Assembly (NCBI GenBank): GCA_977017575.1
Contig: CDRNVI010000030.1
Location: 124,001 to 188,000, forward strand
Length of the DNA stretch: 64,000 nt
Direction: 5' to 3'
Source: Paramoeba atlantica
Taxonomy: Eukaryota; Protista; Discosea
Part shown: piece by piece, positions 46,607 to 57,549 of the stretch
Numbering within the stretch: the stretch's first letter is position 1
Layout of the letters: each line of letters starts with the position of its first letter
The notes under the pieces: generated by a model
The model's database searches: none
The model's input: only the letters and a program-made list of their open reading frames with translations
What the model was told of the DNA's origin: nothing
Translations under genes and position numbers: made by a program

Positions 46607-47347
46607 ATTTTTTCAGCACCGCGATGACGTAAACTGGATCCATGACCCAATTCAAACGTTACTTGAACAAAAGTGAATTAAACACATTTTGTACGCGGAT
46701 AACAGAATTATTTTCTGGTCTTCATTTTACTCAATCTATGCAGATGATCTGTATTCGTCACACAGAGTATGCAGTTTCTTCATGTCAGCATAGCTACCAT
46801 CCAAAGTAAAACAAAAATCTCCTTCTCCCACTTTGGAAAACAAAGTTGATGGAGCCACACAAACGATTGTTGATTATACAAGTGTAAGAGGCAGGTGGCA
46901 ATACCCCACGCTCTCTATTTAAAGCAACAGGATGTCTGCGGCACATAGCAGCGATTTTTGGAATTTCGTCGAATTATTCGGGAAAACTGTCATGAACTCA
47001 AAGCCATCTTGGTGAAATCAACCATTAGGAATCAGCGACTGGTGAAATGGTGAAATCAATGATTGGAATGCGAAAAAAACTACAGCATGTTTCGGCGAAA
47101 CTGAAACAAACATCGGTTTTTTACTACTTATGCTTATCAAGTCCTCTGATTCTACATGTAGAAAGAGTTGAAATGCTATCGCTCCGTATCTCGGCAAGAT
47201 CTGCTGACTCGTAGGAGTTATATTTAGAGGGGTAGGAGTACCCCCTCTAAATACATACGTGATGGATATGAAGGTGCGGAATGAAGACTCTAAATCCCTA
47301 TTCGTTAAAACAGGGAACAAAAGATTTTTGAGAAATCATTTTCTATT

Positions 47348-48142
47348 CTAAAAGTTCCAAACCGAGGAATCGAAAACGTATCTGAGGGGCAAGAAGCAAG
47401 GATAAGACTCGCGGGACGGTAGTCTCTTAATCCGCGTGCCCAGTGTGCCAATGCTGCGCGCAAAGAGTATCGGGTCGTATGCGCCACTAAGATCTGCGTT
47501 GTTGTCTAACCGCAGGGATATACAATATGGAAGCTTATTCAAATCGACAGGTCCAGAGAAGTTGTTGTTTGACAAGTCCAACGATCTCATGGTAGGTGGC
47601 AAAACCCCGAAGTCGAGAGATCCCGAGAGATGGTTGACAGGCGCGCACAGACATTCGAATCCAGGAGGAAGTGCGTGAAACGAAATGGGTCCGCGTAAGT
47701 CGCAATGACCCAAATAGATGAATTTGAGATGTTCTTGCATATCTTCCAATTTTAGGCGACCCTTGAATCTGTTTTGCCTGGCGTAGAAAAATCTCATCGG
47801 TAAGAATTTGAAGTCAATCTCCCCGTTCACCTGGTTGTCATTAAGGTAAATATGCAGTTTCGGCATCATGCTTGACAAATGTACCCAATGCGGAGTCCCA
47901 ACGAGCTTGCGCCATCCCCAATCAATCAAATTGATTCGACCGCTTTCGGTGCACGTGACTCCATCCCATTGACACACGGCAGTATCTGTAGTCCACGAGG
48001 AATGCTTGTTGTCGATGTCGCGCAAAAATTGAGCTAATTGATATTCCTCTGGAAGTTTAGCACGAGCCTTTCCTAAACGGCTGTGTGGGGGTAAGGAATC
48101 CGCCATATGAAGCACAGTCCGCGATAGCATTGTGAAATGCAA
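47348..48142 (-). CDS. LRR protein (subfamily B); likely start at MADSL, 48106
   Basis: GKARAKLPEEYQLAQF, VCQWDGVTC, tail LPLRYVFDSSVWNF. Confidence 0.92.
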   Translation of the reverse strand: MHFTMLSRTVLHMADSLPPHSRLGKARAKLPEEYQLAQFLRDIDNKHSSWTTDTAVCQWDGVTCTESGRINLIDWGWRKLVGTPHWVHLSSMMPKLHIYLNDNQVNGEIDFKFLPMRFFYARQNRFKGRLKLEDMQEHLKFIYLGHCDLRGPISFHALPPGFECLCAPVNHLSGSLDFGVLPPTMRSLDLSNNNFSGPVDLNKLPYCISLRLDNNADLSGAYDPILFARSIGTLGTRIKRLPSRESYPCFLPLRYVFDSSVWNF

Positions 48143-48463
48143 ATTTGGTGTAAAGAAAAACTAAGAACTACTTCGGAAAATACCAAAGGAAACTCTTCAA
48201 CAATAATTTACTTATTTTTTACATGGATTCATTCCCTTGACTGATTCCCTTTAAAAAAAATTACCTCATACATTGCTCCCCAATGATAAGTACTGTAATA
48301 AGAAATTTGTCACAATACAAGAACGAGAATGAACGGTTCAAGTTAATATTATCCAAACTTCATAAAAATGAGTAAAAAAACGAAAGGGGTCGTGCTCACC
48401 TCGCCCACCCTTACCCGCCTCGCCCACGCCGCCCTGGTTCTCTCCCCCCCCCCCTCCCCTTCC

Positions 48464-51130
48464 TCACTTTTGCTTCAACTTCCTTTCAAACTCCCTGGAG
48501 AGTGTCGCAATCCTACGTTCCACGTGGGCCTTGTAATCCGCAATATCCCCGGCAAACTTGGTCACTTTTTGCTTCTCCACGACCCAGATCTCCTCCGCGA
48601 TCTGCGCAATCAGTCGTAGATCGTGACTGACCACCACGACGGCTCCCTCGAACCGATTCAGCGCCCCCGCGAGGGCGTCAATTGATTCCATATCCAAATT
48701 ATTCGTGGGCTCATCCAGGACGAGCATGTGCGGGGTGGTGAGGGCCATCCAGGCAAACATCACCCGCGCGCGCTGTCCATGGGAGAGGGTCTCCATGGGT
48801 TGGGTCTGTAGCGACCCGGAGACCCCAAACCGGCCTAACGCGCCCCGCAGGGGCTCCGGGGTTAGATACTCCGGGTAGGCCCCCTTGAGAAACCCCAGAG
48901 GGGACTGGGCGAGGTCACAGATATCGACCAGATGCTGGTGATACCGCGCGACCCGGAGGTGCCCTTTTTTGGTCACCACCCCCTGGGTGGGCTCCAGCTC
49001 CCCCAGCATGAGTTTGGTTAAGGTCGTTTTTCCTGCCCCGTTGGGGCCGCAGATGGCCACCCGCGTGTCCAGGTCCATACCAAAATTGAGGTTCTCCAGC
49101 AGCAGGGTCGGCTGACGGGGGTACTTAAAGCTGACTTCGGTGAATTGAAGCACCGGAGGGGGGAGGGGGCCGCGACTGGGAAAGTCAAAGCTAATGACAC
49201 GATCGGAGACGACTTTTTCGGTAAGCCCACTGGATTGCATTTTCGCAAGGGTCTTCTCCTTGGATTGGGCCTGCCGTGCGAGTTTACGTGAGCCATGACC
49301 GAAACGGGCAATGTAATCCTTCATGCTCGCGATTTGGTTTTGTTCTCGTACATAATTCTTGTGCTGGTGAATCTCCTTCTCGGCGCGCGTGCGGACGTAC
49401 TGGTCATAGTTGCCCTCATAGTAGGAGAGCTTCCCCCGGGCCATGTGGATAATCTGATTGCACACGTTGTTCAAGAAATCCTGGGAGTGGCTCACCAGCA
49501 GCAATATACTATCCTTGCGCCCTTGCAGGTATTTCTCCAACCAAACGCACGCCTCAATATCCAAATGGTTTGTGGGCTCATCCAACAACAAAATCCCGGG
49601 ATTCCGAAACAACCCCTGGGCCAACGAAATCCGCATCCGCCACCCTCCACTAAACGAGGACGCCGGACGTCGCTGCATATCCGCATCAAACCCCAAACCA
49701 AACAAAATCCGCCCCGCACGACTCTCCGCGGTATCCACCTCCAGCTCCTCCAGTCGGGTACAAATCTCCTCCATGCGGTTCGCCACATCCTCCGGACTCG
49801 CCTCCGTCGAACTCTCTTCTGCTCCCTCCTCCCCCACAATGCTCTCTAACTCGTTTTCCAGCCTCTCCCGCTCCGTGTCCCCGCGCAACACAATCTCCAA
49901 CGGCGTCGCCTCCTCCGCCCCCACCTCAGATTTTAAATGAAACACCTCCACCCCGGGAGGAATCGGGAGCTCCTCACCCTCCTCGTTTTCGTCACGCCCC
50001 GACGGAGCACGAGACGGGGTCGTCGTCGTCGTCGTACTCACCCCCTTACGACCCCCACCCCCACCCCCACGACGACGACTACTCCCCGTACCCCTACCCC
50101 TACTACCCCTACTGTCCGTACTACCCCTCCCCGTCGCAGTCGTAACCGCAGTAGGGTTCACATCCCCATTCTCCCTACCCCCGTTCCCCCCCCTCCCCTT
50201 GTGGTGGTTCATCCCCCCGCTGTCGTTACCCCCTCTGTTCCCCCGACGCCCCTCTCCGTGATTCCCCCTCCCCCTACCCCCCCCTCCCCCTCCCCCCCTC
50301 CCGCTCCCCCCCTCCCCGCTCCCCCTCTTCGCTCCCCCCAGCACGTTCAGCAGCGTGGTCTTCCCCACGCCGTTGGCCCCGAGCAGGCCGTAGCGGTGGC
50401 CGGGGTAGAGCGTGAGGGCGGCGTGGGCCAGGAGCTCCCGCCCGTGGTGGTGGAGGTCCAGGCCGTGGACCACAAGGTCCCGGGTGCCCTGTCGGACCCG
50501 TGTGGGGGTGAAGGAGAGGGTGGGGGCTGTGGGGGTAGTAGTGGTAGTGGGAGTAGTGGTAGTGGGAGTAGGCGTAGTGGTAGTGGGAGTAGTGGGAGTA
50601 GTGGTAGTAGTGGTAGTGGGAGTAGTGGTAGTAGTGGTAGTAGTGGTAGTAGTGGGAGTAGTGGTAGTAGTGGTAGTGGGAGTAGTGGGAGTAGTGGGGG
50701 TAGTGGTAGTGGGAGTGGTAGTGGGAGTAGTGGTAGTAGTGGTAGTGGTAGTAGTAGGAGTAGTGGGAGTAGTGGGGGTAGTGGTAGTGGTAGTGGGAGT
50801 AGTGGTAGTGGGAGTAGGCGTAGTGGTAGTGGGAGTAGGAGGAGGAGTACTACTGGTAGTTGTAGGAGGAGGAGGAGGAGGAGGAGGAGTTGTACTACTC
50901 GTAGGAGTTGTTGTAGGAGTAATCCTAGTAGTAGGAGTAGTAGTACTGGTAGTAGTACTAGCAGTAGTACTAGTAGTAGGAGTAGTAGTAGAAGTAGAAG
51001 TAGGAGTAGTAGTAGGGCGTGGGGATTGTAGGGGTAGTGGTGGGGTAGAGGTAGAGGAATGGGTTTGTTGTTGGTTGAGTTGTTGTTGAAGAGCACGACG
51101 TTGGTCACGTTGTGCTTTGGTGGTGGGCAT
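48464..51130 (-). CDS. ABCF2: ABC-F family ATPase, ABCF2/Arb1-like, 888 aa with low-complexity expansions
   Basis: Two ABC cassettes (GANGVGKT, FSGGWRMR, LLLDEPTNHLD; GPNGAGKT, LSHGQRAR, LVLDEPTN), no TM segments; linker YIARFGHGSRKLARQAQSKEKTL typical of ABCF2. Start MPTTK at 51130 is inferred from the duplicated 5' copies. Confidence 0.88.
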   Translation of the reverse strand: MPTTKAQRDQRRALQQQLNQQQTHSSTSTPPLPLQSPRPTTTPTSTSTTTPTTSTTASTTTSTTTPTTRITPTTTPTSSTTPPPPPPPPTTTSSTPPPTPTTTTPTPTTTTPTTTTTTPTTPTTPTTTTTTTTTTPTTTPTTTTPTTPTTPTTTTTTTPTTTTTTTTTTTPTTTTTTTPTTPTTTTPTPTTTTPTTTTTPTAPTLSFTPTRVRQGTRDLVVHGLDLHHHGRELLAHAALTLYPGHRYGLLGANGVGKTTLLNVLGGAKRGSGEGGSGRGGGGGGGRGRGNHGEGRRGNRGGNDSGGMNHHKGRGGNGGRENGDVNPTAVTTATGRGSTDSRGSRGRGTGSSRRRGGGGGGRKGVSTTTTTTPSRAPSGRDENEEGEELPIPPGVEVFHLKSEVGAEEATPLEIVLRGDTERERLENELESIVGEEGAEESSTEASPEDVANRMEEICTRLEELEVDTAESRAGRILFGLGFDADMQRRPASSFSGGWRMRISLAQGLFRNPGILLLDEPTNHLDIEACVWLEKYLQGRKDSILLLVSHSQDFLNNVCNQIIHMARGKLSYYEGNYDQYVRTRAEKEIHQHKNYVREQNQIASMKDYIARFGHGSRKLARQAQSKEKTLAKMQSSGLTEKVVSDRVISFDFPSRGPLPPPVLQFTEVSFKYPRQPTLLLENLNFGMDLDTRVAICGPNGAGKTTLTKLMLGELEPTQGVVTKKGHLRVARYHQHLVDICDLAQSPLGFLKGAYPEYLTPEPLRGALGRFGVSGSLQTQPMETLSHGQRARVMFAWMALTTPHMLVLDEPTNNLDMESIDALAGALNRFEGAVVVVSHDLRLIAQIAEEIWVVEKQKVTKFAGDIADYKAHVERRIATLSREFERKLKQK

Positions 51131-51274
51131 GGAAGAAAGGTTGTAGAAGGTAAATGAGTTGAAGTAAATATGAAATAGAGTAAGAGAATACGTGGAGTGA
51201 AAGTAGCTACCAAGGTAGGGTACATGTGGATGGAGAAATGCGCTATTACTTTCCAAAATGGGTCCGGAGCTTGG

Positions 51275-51588
51275 ACCACGAGATCCCGTGTGCCCTGGCG
51301 TAACCGTGTGGGGGTGAAGGAGAGGGTGGGGGCCGTGGTGGGGGTAGGAGTAGTAGTATTCCCAGTACTACTCGTAGGAGGAGGAGTAGTATCCGTACTA
51401 GTAGAAGTAGAAGTAGTAGTACTAGTAGCAGTAGGGAGTGGGGAATGTAGGGGTAGTGGTGGGGTAGAGGTAGAGGAATGTGTTTGTTGTTGTTGTTGTT
51501 GTTGGTTTAGTTGTTGTTGTTGTTGGTTTAGTTGCTGTTGTTGTTGAAGGGCACGACGTTGATCCCGTTGTGCTTTGGTGGTGGGCAT
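51275..51588 (-). pseudogene. Truncated 5' duplicate of the ABCF gene
   Basis: MPTTKAQRDQRRALQQQ...TPTRLRQGTRDLVV, then non-homologous sequence. Confidence 0.88.
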
Positions 51589-51889
51589 GGAAGGTGGGGC
51601 AAAAGTGGTATTCAGGCTATTTTTTAGTGGTGTATGGAAAGTTCATAGTTAAAGGCGTGGTGGTTTGTGACCTTTGACGTTGAAATATCGAATAGCATAC
51701 TTAAAAAAACAAAATACTCAAAGGCACGTCTACAGTGTACATGAAATGTCTACAGTGTATATGAAATAGACTGTTGAAAAATAAAGTGGTTTCAATTGAA
51801 TTAATTTGAGTCATTGTTTTTGTTGCAAACGAGAGATCTGGTCCCCCTAGTGAAGAGTTGCGGCACCTTTTTTTAACATTTTTTTTTTC

Positions 51890-51988
51890 GTCTCTTCGAT
51901 AAATGCGGAGGTAGTTTTTAACGCTAAGCGCGCAGCATGAGGGACTTCTAAGTTGGAAACAACCACCGTGTTTAACGAGGAGCCTAAA
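51890..51988 (-). mobile_element. HINE-like family hairpin, degenerate
   Basis: cttcgataaatgcggaggtag...ccaccgtgtttaacgaggagcctaaa. Confidence 0.65.
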
Positions 51989-51990
51989 TA

Positions 51991-52744
51991 CAGTCCAGGT
52001 ATTGGTTCCCCCCCAGGCTCCAGAGCGCGCCGTAACCGAGCTTTTGACCTAATTCCTTCGGCATTCAACAGATCTCGAAAAACTAGTACGTTTCTTACCG
52101 TTGCTTTGCCCATCACTCCCCCCTGGGTCCTAGGTGGGGGTGGTGAAAGTTGGCAAATTTCAAAAAAAAATTGAAGCCGGGCAAAAAATAGAAAAAAATA
52201 TGCATAGATTCCTGTCTATTAATACCCACAATGGTCTCCTTGAACGTTCTGCACAATTCGCAAGCGTGTAGGAACTGAATTCATACAAATTAAGAATTGG
52301 CGTCGATAAGGATGAGGCTTAAGCATCATAAAGGCTTTCTTTAGCGCCTTCCGGAGCTGTTTTTCAGTCTCTGGTTTCAATTTTTCCTTAAAAATTTGGT
52401 CAAGGCGCTCTGATCAAGTGCACATCGTGACGTTTTATGGGTAATAGGGGGTGTCTTGCTTTTTGGCAAGTTGTACTGGCCTTTAGTAGGTTTGACGGGA
52501 GTATCCCTCAAATTCATAGAATGAGAAACCAAATTTGGGAAAACATTGCCAAAGTTTTGAAATATTGGGATTTTTTAGTAAAAATATGCTATTTTTTCGT
52601 GTTTTTCCTAAATATTTTTCACCCAGGGGGGATGATAGGCAAACAAACGCTCTAGTTTTTCGAGACCTGTTGAATGCCGAAGGAATTAGGTCAAAAGTTC
52701 TTACGGTGTGTTCTGGAGCCTGGGGGGAACTAGTGCCTGGACTG
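51991..52744. mobile_element. TA-flanked MITE with about 140-bp imperfect TIRs
   Basis: ta|cagtccagg...cctggactg|ta; the inner TIR motif ttgaatgccgaaggaattaggtc also occurs at about 13767-13790. Confidence 0.85.
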
Positions 52745-53774
52745 TACATGTAGTTATAGTTCACTAGTCCAGTGTAGAAGTGAGTAGCGATATAATTGAA
52801 AAAGTCCTTTCTTTCGTGTCACACTCTCATGGCGCCAATCGATCTTCAAGGGGGGCAGGGATGGTGATAGTAGTCTCAAAATTTCGAGACTTGCTTAATG
52901 CCATCTTTACAAATTGGCTTTAAAAAATGCCATCTTTAAAAATTGGCCATCAATCCAAAAGAACAATCTGTGTCATTCTGATACCTTTCCTGAACGATAT
53001 TAATCTTCGTTCTGTAACACGTGAAAGATAAATCGTCGATAAGAATTTGAGGTGGAATTGAATGAAGTTTGCACACTTTTTCAAAACAGAATTAAAAACG
53101 ATATAATAAAAATAATACCGTTACCCCCACCCCTTAGATATCCCGCATTCCGTATCCGAAATGGACGGTTTGAGGATAAGTAACGTACTAGGATAAGTAG
53201 CATACTAGGATAAGTAGCGTACTAGAAGAAGTTCGAGTGGCCCTTGCGCCAAAAGTTGTTTTTAGCATGATACAACCGCGTCGAAAGTATTCGCCGATGT
53301 GTTCTTTTCGTCGGAGTTGCACGCTGTCCAAGTGAGGCGTCAAAATCAAAGTTAAAAATTATGTGATGGCTGTGATAAAGGAGATATGCTATGTAAATAA
53401 TGTGTTGTATACGAAAAAAGACACGTAAGCATTTTGCTTTCAAAGATACACTGCGCCACTTGAAGGAAGAAGCGCGCGGAAATTGGAATACCTATAGGGG
53501 ATTTACAAGACACTAGGGAAAACCACAGAAAAACTTAGATACGACGAGTCAAAACATAATATGAAAAACGTTGCTGTGGACGTAGCTCGGGAAGGTGGGG
53601 AGCGCTAAACCCCAACATTGTCAAAAAAGAAAATAGGCAATGCCCCTGACCTATAGCCTTGATCCCACCTTGAAAATAATGATACAAGATTTGTTAAAAT
53701 GTATGCCGCGCACATACAAGAAGGTGATTTTGAGTAGTATACTTCAGTAATCAAAATTAGCCTAGGAAATAACC

Positions 53775-54326
53775 TTATTCCTCGTCTTCGAGACGCGCTT
53801 CATCCTCCAAAGTTAAAGTTTGCGCCAAAAGAGAAATAAAGCCGGGCTCTTCATCAGTATCTTGAGTCGTGGCAGTCACAACTAAGGTGTTGGCACGTAA
53901 CTCTTCAACCGCTGAAATCGGGACAGTCTGCAAATCTCGCTGTAAGGCAGGAACATAAATCTTGCAAAAGGACTTCTCATAAGCTGAAGTCTCGACGGAA
54001 GCTAGGGCTGCGGCAACGAACTGAGTGATTAGCCGGCGAGTGGGTGGCCGTTTTTGAGTTCTGGTCGCTGCACGCCAATGAGCGAACAGCTCCTTGTACT
54101 TTTGCTTGAACGGGCGATTGACAGCCAAGTCCATGAGCTGAACCAGCGCTGTGCAGCCTGTAGGGACGAAAAAAACGTCAATTTCCTGGCGACGAAGAAG
54201 GGACAGGGCTACCTCGGTTCGGTGACTTGCGTACAACTCTAGCACCAATAAAGTCTTGCCGGGTGGATACTTACTGGTGTCAAAAAATTCCTTTATCATC
54301 CATTGAAAAAAGGAATCTCCTGTCAT
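53775..54326 (-). mobile_element. Pogo/CENP-B (DDE_1) transposase relic
   Basis: KTLLVLELYASH, FVPTGCTALVQLMDLAVNRPFK; the catalytic D of LLLD appears replaced by E. Confidence 0.82.
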
Positions 54327-54499
54327 CCAGCCTGATCCTGTAACGGTTGAAGCGCAACCATACAGATCTGATGCTGTGGTTAGTGAAGTTACGTTGACCT
54401 ATTGAATAACATGCTCAAAAGTACGTCTAATAAGTAGGTTTAATAATCTATATAAAATGGGCTGCTGAAAAGCGGAAAGAATGTCTCAATCTATTTTTG

Positions 54500-55113
54500 A
54501 GGAATCTTCCTGTTCGTTGAAGAGCACGACGTTGGTCACTTTGTGCTTTGGTGGTGGGCATGGAAGAAAGGTTGTAGAAGGTAATGAGTTGGGGTAACTA
54601 TGAAACAAAAGTAAGAGAATAAGTGGAAGGAAAGTAGCCTACAAGGTACACTGTAGTTGGAGTCGAGTATCAAACGATACGCTACAAATGTCACGCTACA
54701 AGAGTCGTAGAGTGTCTATTCGTACGAGGTAAACCTCTGATGTGCGCTATTGTTTTCCAAAATGGGCCCACGGCTTGTACGACCCGCTCCAGGGCTTGTA
54801 AGTCTCGTGTGCCCGGGCATACCCGTGTGGGGGTGAAGGAGAGGGTGGGGGCTGTGGTGGGGGGAGTGGGGGTAGGAGTAGATGTAGGAGTACTACCAGT
54901 ACTACTAGAGAGAGAGAGTGGGGATTGTAGGGATAGTGGTAGGGAGGTGGAAGAATATGTTAGTTGTTGGTTTAATTCGTGTCGTTGGTGTTGTTGTTGT
55001 AGGTTTAGTTGTTGTTCTTCTTGGTTTTGTTGTTGTAAGTTTAGTTGTTGTTGTTGGTTTAGTTGTTGTTGAAGAGCGCGACGTTGATGACGTTGTGCTT
55101 TGATGGTGGGCAT
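54500..55113 (-). pseudogene. Two further truncated 5' duplicates of the ABCF gene (55113-54780 and 54563-54500)
   Basis: MPTIKAQRHQRRALQQ...GTRDL and MPTTKAQSDQRRALQQ; about 200-bp upstream regions 54565-54768 and 55115-55327 are direct repeats. Confidence 0.85.
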
Positions 55114-55344
55114 GGAAGAAAGTTTGTAGAAGGTAATGAGTGATGGGGTAAAATATGCAAATATGAAACAGGTAAGAGAATAAGTGGAATGAAAGTAGCC
55201 TACAAGGTAAATTGTAGATGGAGTGGAGTATCAAACGTTACACTACAAACGTCACGCTACAAGAGTCGTAGAGTGTCTATTCGTACGAGGTAAACCTCTG
55301 ATATGCGATATTATTTTCCAAAATGGGCACTCGCACATTGATAA

Positions 55345-56075
55345 CTTCGTTAAACGCAGTGGTTGTTTTCAACTTAGAAGTCACTCATGCTGCGCGCTTC
55401 GCGTTGAAAACTACCACCGCATTTAACGAAAAGCCTAAAAAATAAAATTTCGCTTCGAAAGCTGAAGAAAACGGAAAGATTATAGCCAAAATTAGCCGAT
55501 TAGTACTAAACTCGACTTTGGCAAGTGGGAAATCATTCGTAGGCATGTATTCGAGGCTGCAGAACGTATTGGGTGGAGAATGCGACTCCAACCACACCAT
55601 TCTTCCGACCCAAAAAGACCCCTTTGGGTCCGAAAATTACTTTTTCGCATTTTTTGGTCAAAATTGGTCATTTTGGGAGGCGTACCACGGCTTCAAGAAG
55701 CGACATCTCGCGAAAACAATGACGTGGAAAGCTAGAATAGGTCCCAAACTATCAAAATACAATAGGGGAAACGATTTTGTAAAAATACTTTTTTTACCAC
55801 TTTTTTTTGTCAAGTTGAAAATCCGAGAAAATCCGAACTTGACGGACCCGTCCTGCGCATACGAGCGGGGGGGTCACCCCCGGGTAGGGGGTGGAAAATT
55901 ATCGCCGCGGCTTACTCTACCACTTCCTTGCGCTCGATTTTGAAAAGGAAAAACCTTGGAAAAAAAATCGCGACGTACGCCCCCCCGCTGGATCCCCCCC
56001 CCTATACACACCATTTTGATTTTTTTTTTCAATTTTGGACCACCGGAGCCCCCTTTTATATTTTTGTCTTCATAC
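55345..56075 (+). mobile_element. HINE-like family copy lacking both extreme ends
   Basis: Hairpin 55345-55430; the interior aligns along its length with the reverse complement of 61620-62340. Confidence 0.75.
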
Positions 56076-56354
56076 ATACTAGGCCCTTCACATACGTTTG
56101 GGGGTGCGAGGTCCGAACGCCTCTACCAGTTTCAGCCGACGTGTTTAACGTTGTTTAACGACCACATCGTGTACGGGAGTTGGTTCCATGCGGGGGGGGT
56201 CCGAGTCGGTCCCCAGACCTCAGACCTATTCGGAGGGTCTGTGTGGATTCGGAGCAGCTGTGCGGATCACTAACCATTGTTCTTCCTCGTGGATAGCTGA
56301 CTGGTCGAATTTCTCGGAGTATTAGACCGCCCACTATTACCGTAAGTCCCCACT

Positions 56355-56462
56355 CGCACATTGATAATGCATAGTTACTGCACATTGATATTGCATAACG
56401 TGCCGCACATTGATAATGCATATAGCACATTGATATTGCATACAGCACATTGATAATGCATA
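56355..56462 (+). repeat. Five copies of gcacattgata(a/t)tgcata with 2-7-nt spacers
   Basis: Direct reading; the two variants alternate. Confidence 0.85.
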
Positions 56463-56673
56463 ATTCGGAGAAAAAAAGTGCCTTCGAAAAAAATAAAAGA
56501 TTCGTTGAACGGTCTGCAACACAAATCGGCGAATGCTACGCATAATGTTTAGTTAAGGAGCCCAATAAATTCACCTTTGCTCCCATTAAGGCCCCGGAGT
56601 TGCGTGAAGGCCTCCTTACCCCACAACTACCACCTTCCACCTATTCAAATTTATTTAACCTGTGTCAATGTTA

Positions 56674-57549
56674 TCATTCCTTAACGATATTAATCTTCGT
56701 TCCGTAGCACGCGAAATCATCAATAAAATTTTGATTTTCTTCGCCATGGAGCTCTGCACATTCTTGAAGATGTAACTTTGTGAGAGACAGAGGAAGACGG
56801 TCGAACGAAACTAACCCACTGAAGGAATTGTGGTCACATTGAAGCTCTTTCAAATTTGGTGGCAAGTGTTGAAGATCAAGCGCCCCAGTAAAGCGGTTTC
56901 CACTTAAATTGAGATCTTCCAATGTGCTGGGCAAACTATGCAGGCAAACTTCTCCGGATAAGTTGTTCCGTTGAATTCGTAACGTGCGCAAATCAGGAAG
57001 ACTTGATAAATCAATGCACCCCTCAAACTTATTATCTGCCAACCATATTTCAATTAAGGTTCCGGGGAGATGCGTGAAATCGAGCTCTCCATTCAATTCA
57101 TTTTTGAACAAACAAAGATTGAGAAGCTGTGGCGGGAGAACATCACATGGCAGTGTTCCAGTAAGCTTGTTCGCCGACAGATCAAGTGACTTTAGCGTTC
57201 GTGGTAAACGATTCCAACGCATTGATCCAGAGAGGTCGAAATAACACCACTGTATTTTATATACAGTCTCACGGTCATCGCAAATTACTCCTTTCCATAG
57301 ACATGCGGGTGTGATTGTTTTCCACGAGGGTTGAGGTACGTGTGAGTCTATGTCCTGAATGGCTTGCGCGAGTTCGTACTCCTGTGGTAAATTCGCTCCT
57401 CGAATTTTACCCTTTCGAGTGCTTTGCGTACCATTCAGCGTGAGTGTGTCACGATTTGAAAGTACGGAAGTCTGCTGCGTTTCACGACCAGAAGCAAAAG
57501 GCACTGTATCGGACGATTGTGTTTGGGCTATTCGTAGAAAGGAAACCAT
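56674..57549 (-). CDS. LRR protein, 291 aa
   Basis: GKIRGANLPQEYELAQ, PACLWKGVIC, LRRs. Confidence 0.93.
   Translation of the reverse strand: MVSFLRIAQTQSSDTVPFASGRETQQTSVLSNRDTLTLNGTQSTRKGKIRGANLPQEYELAQAIQDIDSHVPQPSWKTITPACLWKGVICDDRETVYKIQWCYFDLSGSMRWNRLPRTLKSLDLSANKLTGTLPCDVLPPQLLNLCLFKNELNGELDFTHLPGTLIEIWLADNKFEGCIDLSSLPDLRTLRIQRNNLSGEVCLHSLPSTLEDLNLSGNRFTGALDLQHLPPNLKELQCDHNSFSGLVSFDRLPLSLTKLHLQECAELHGEENQNFIDDFACYGTKINIVKE

Noticed and set aside
49937-51089. Long plus-strand ORFs (364 aa, 225 aa) and the poly-Leu minus frame 50347..51275
   Set aside because: Shadow frames of the stop-poor low-complexity ABCF sequence.
56355-56462. CRISPR array
   Set aside because: Spacers are only 2-7 nt, there are no cas genes and the context is eukaryotic.
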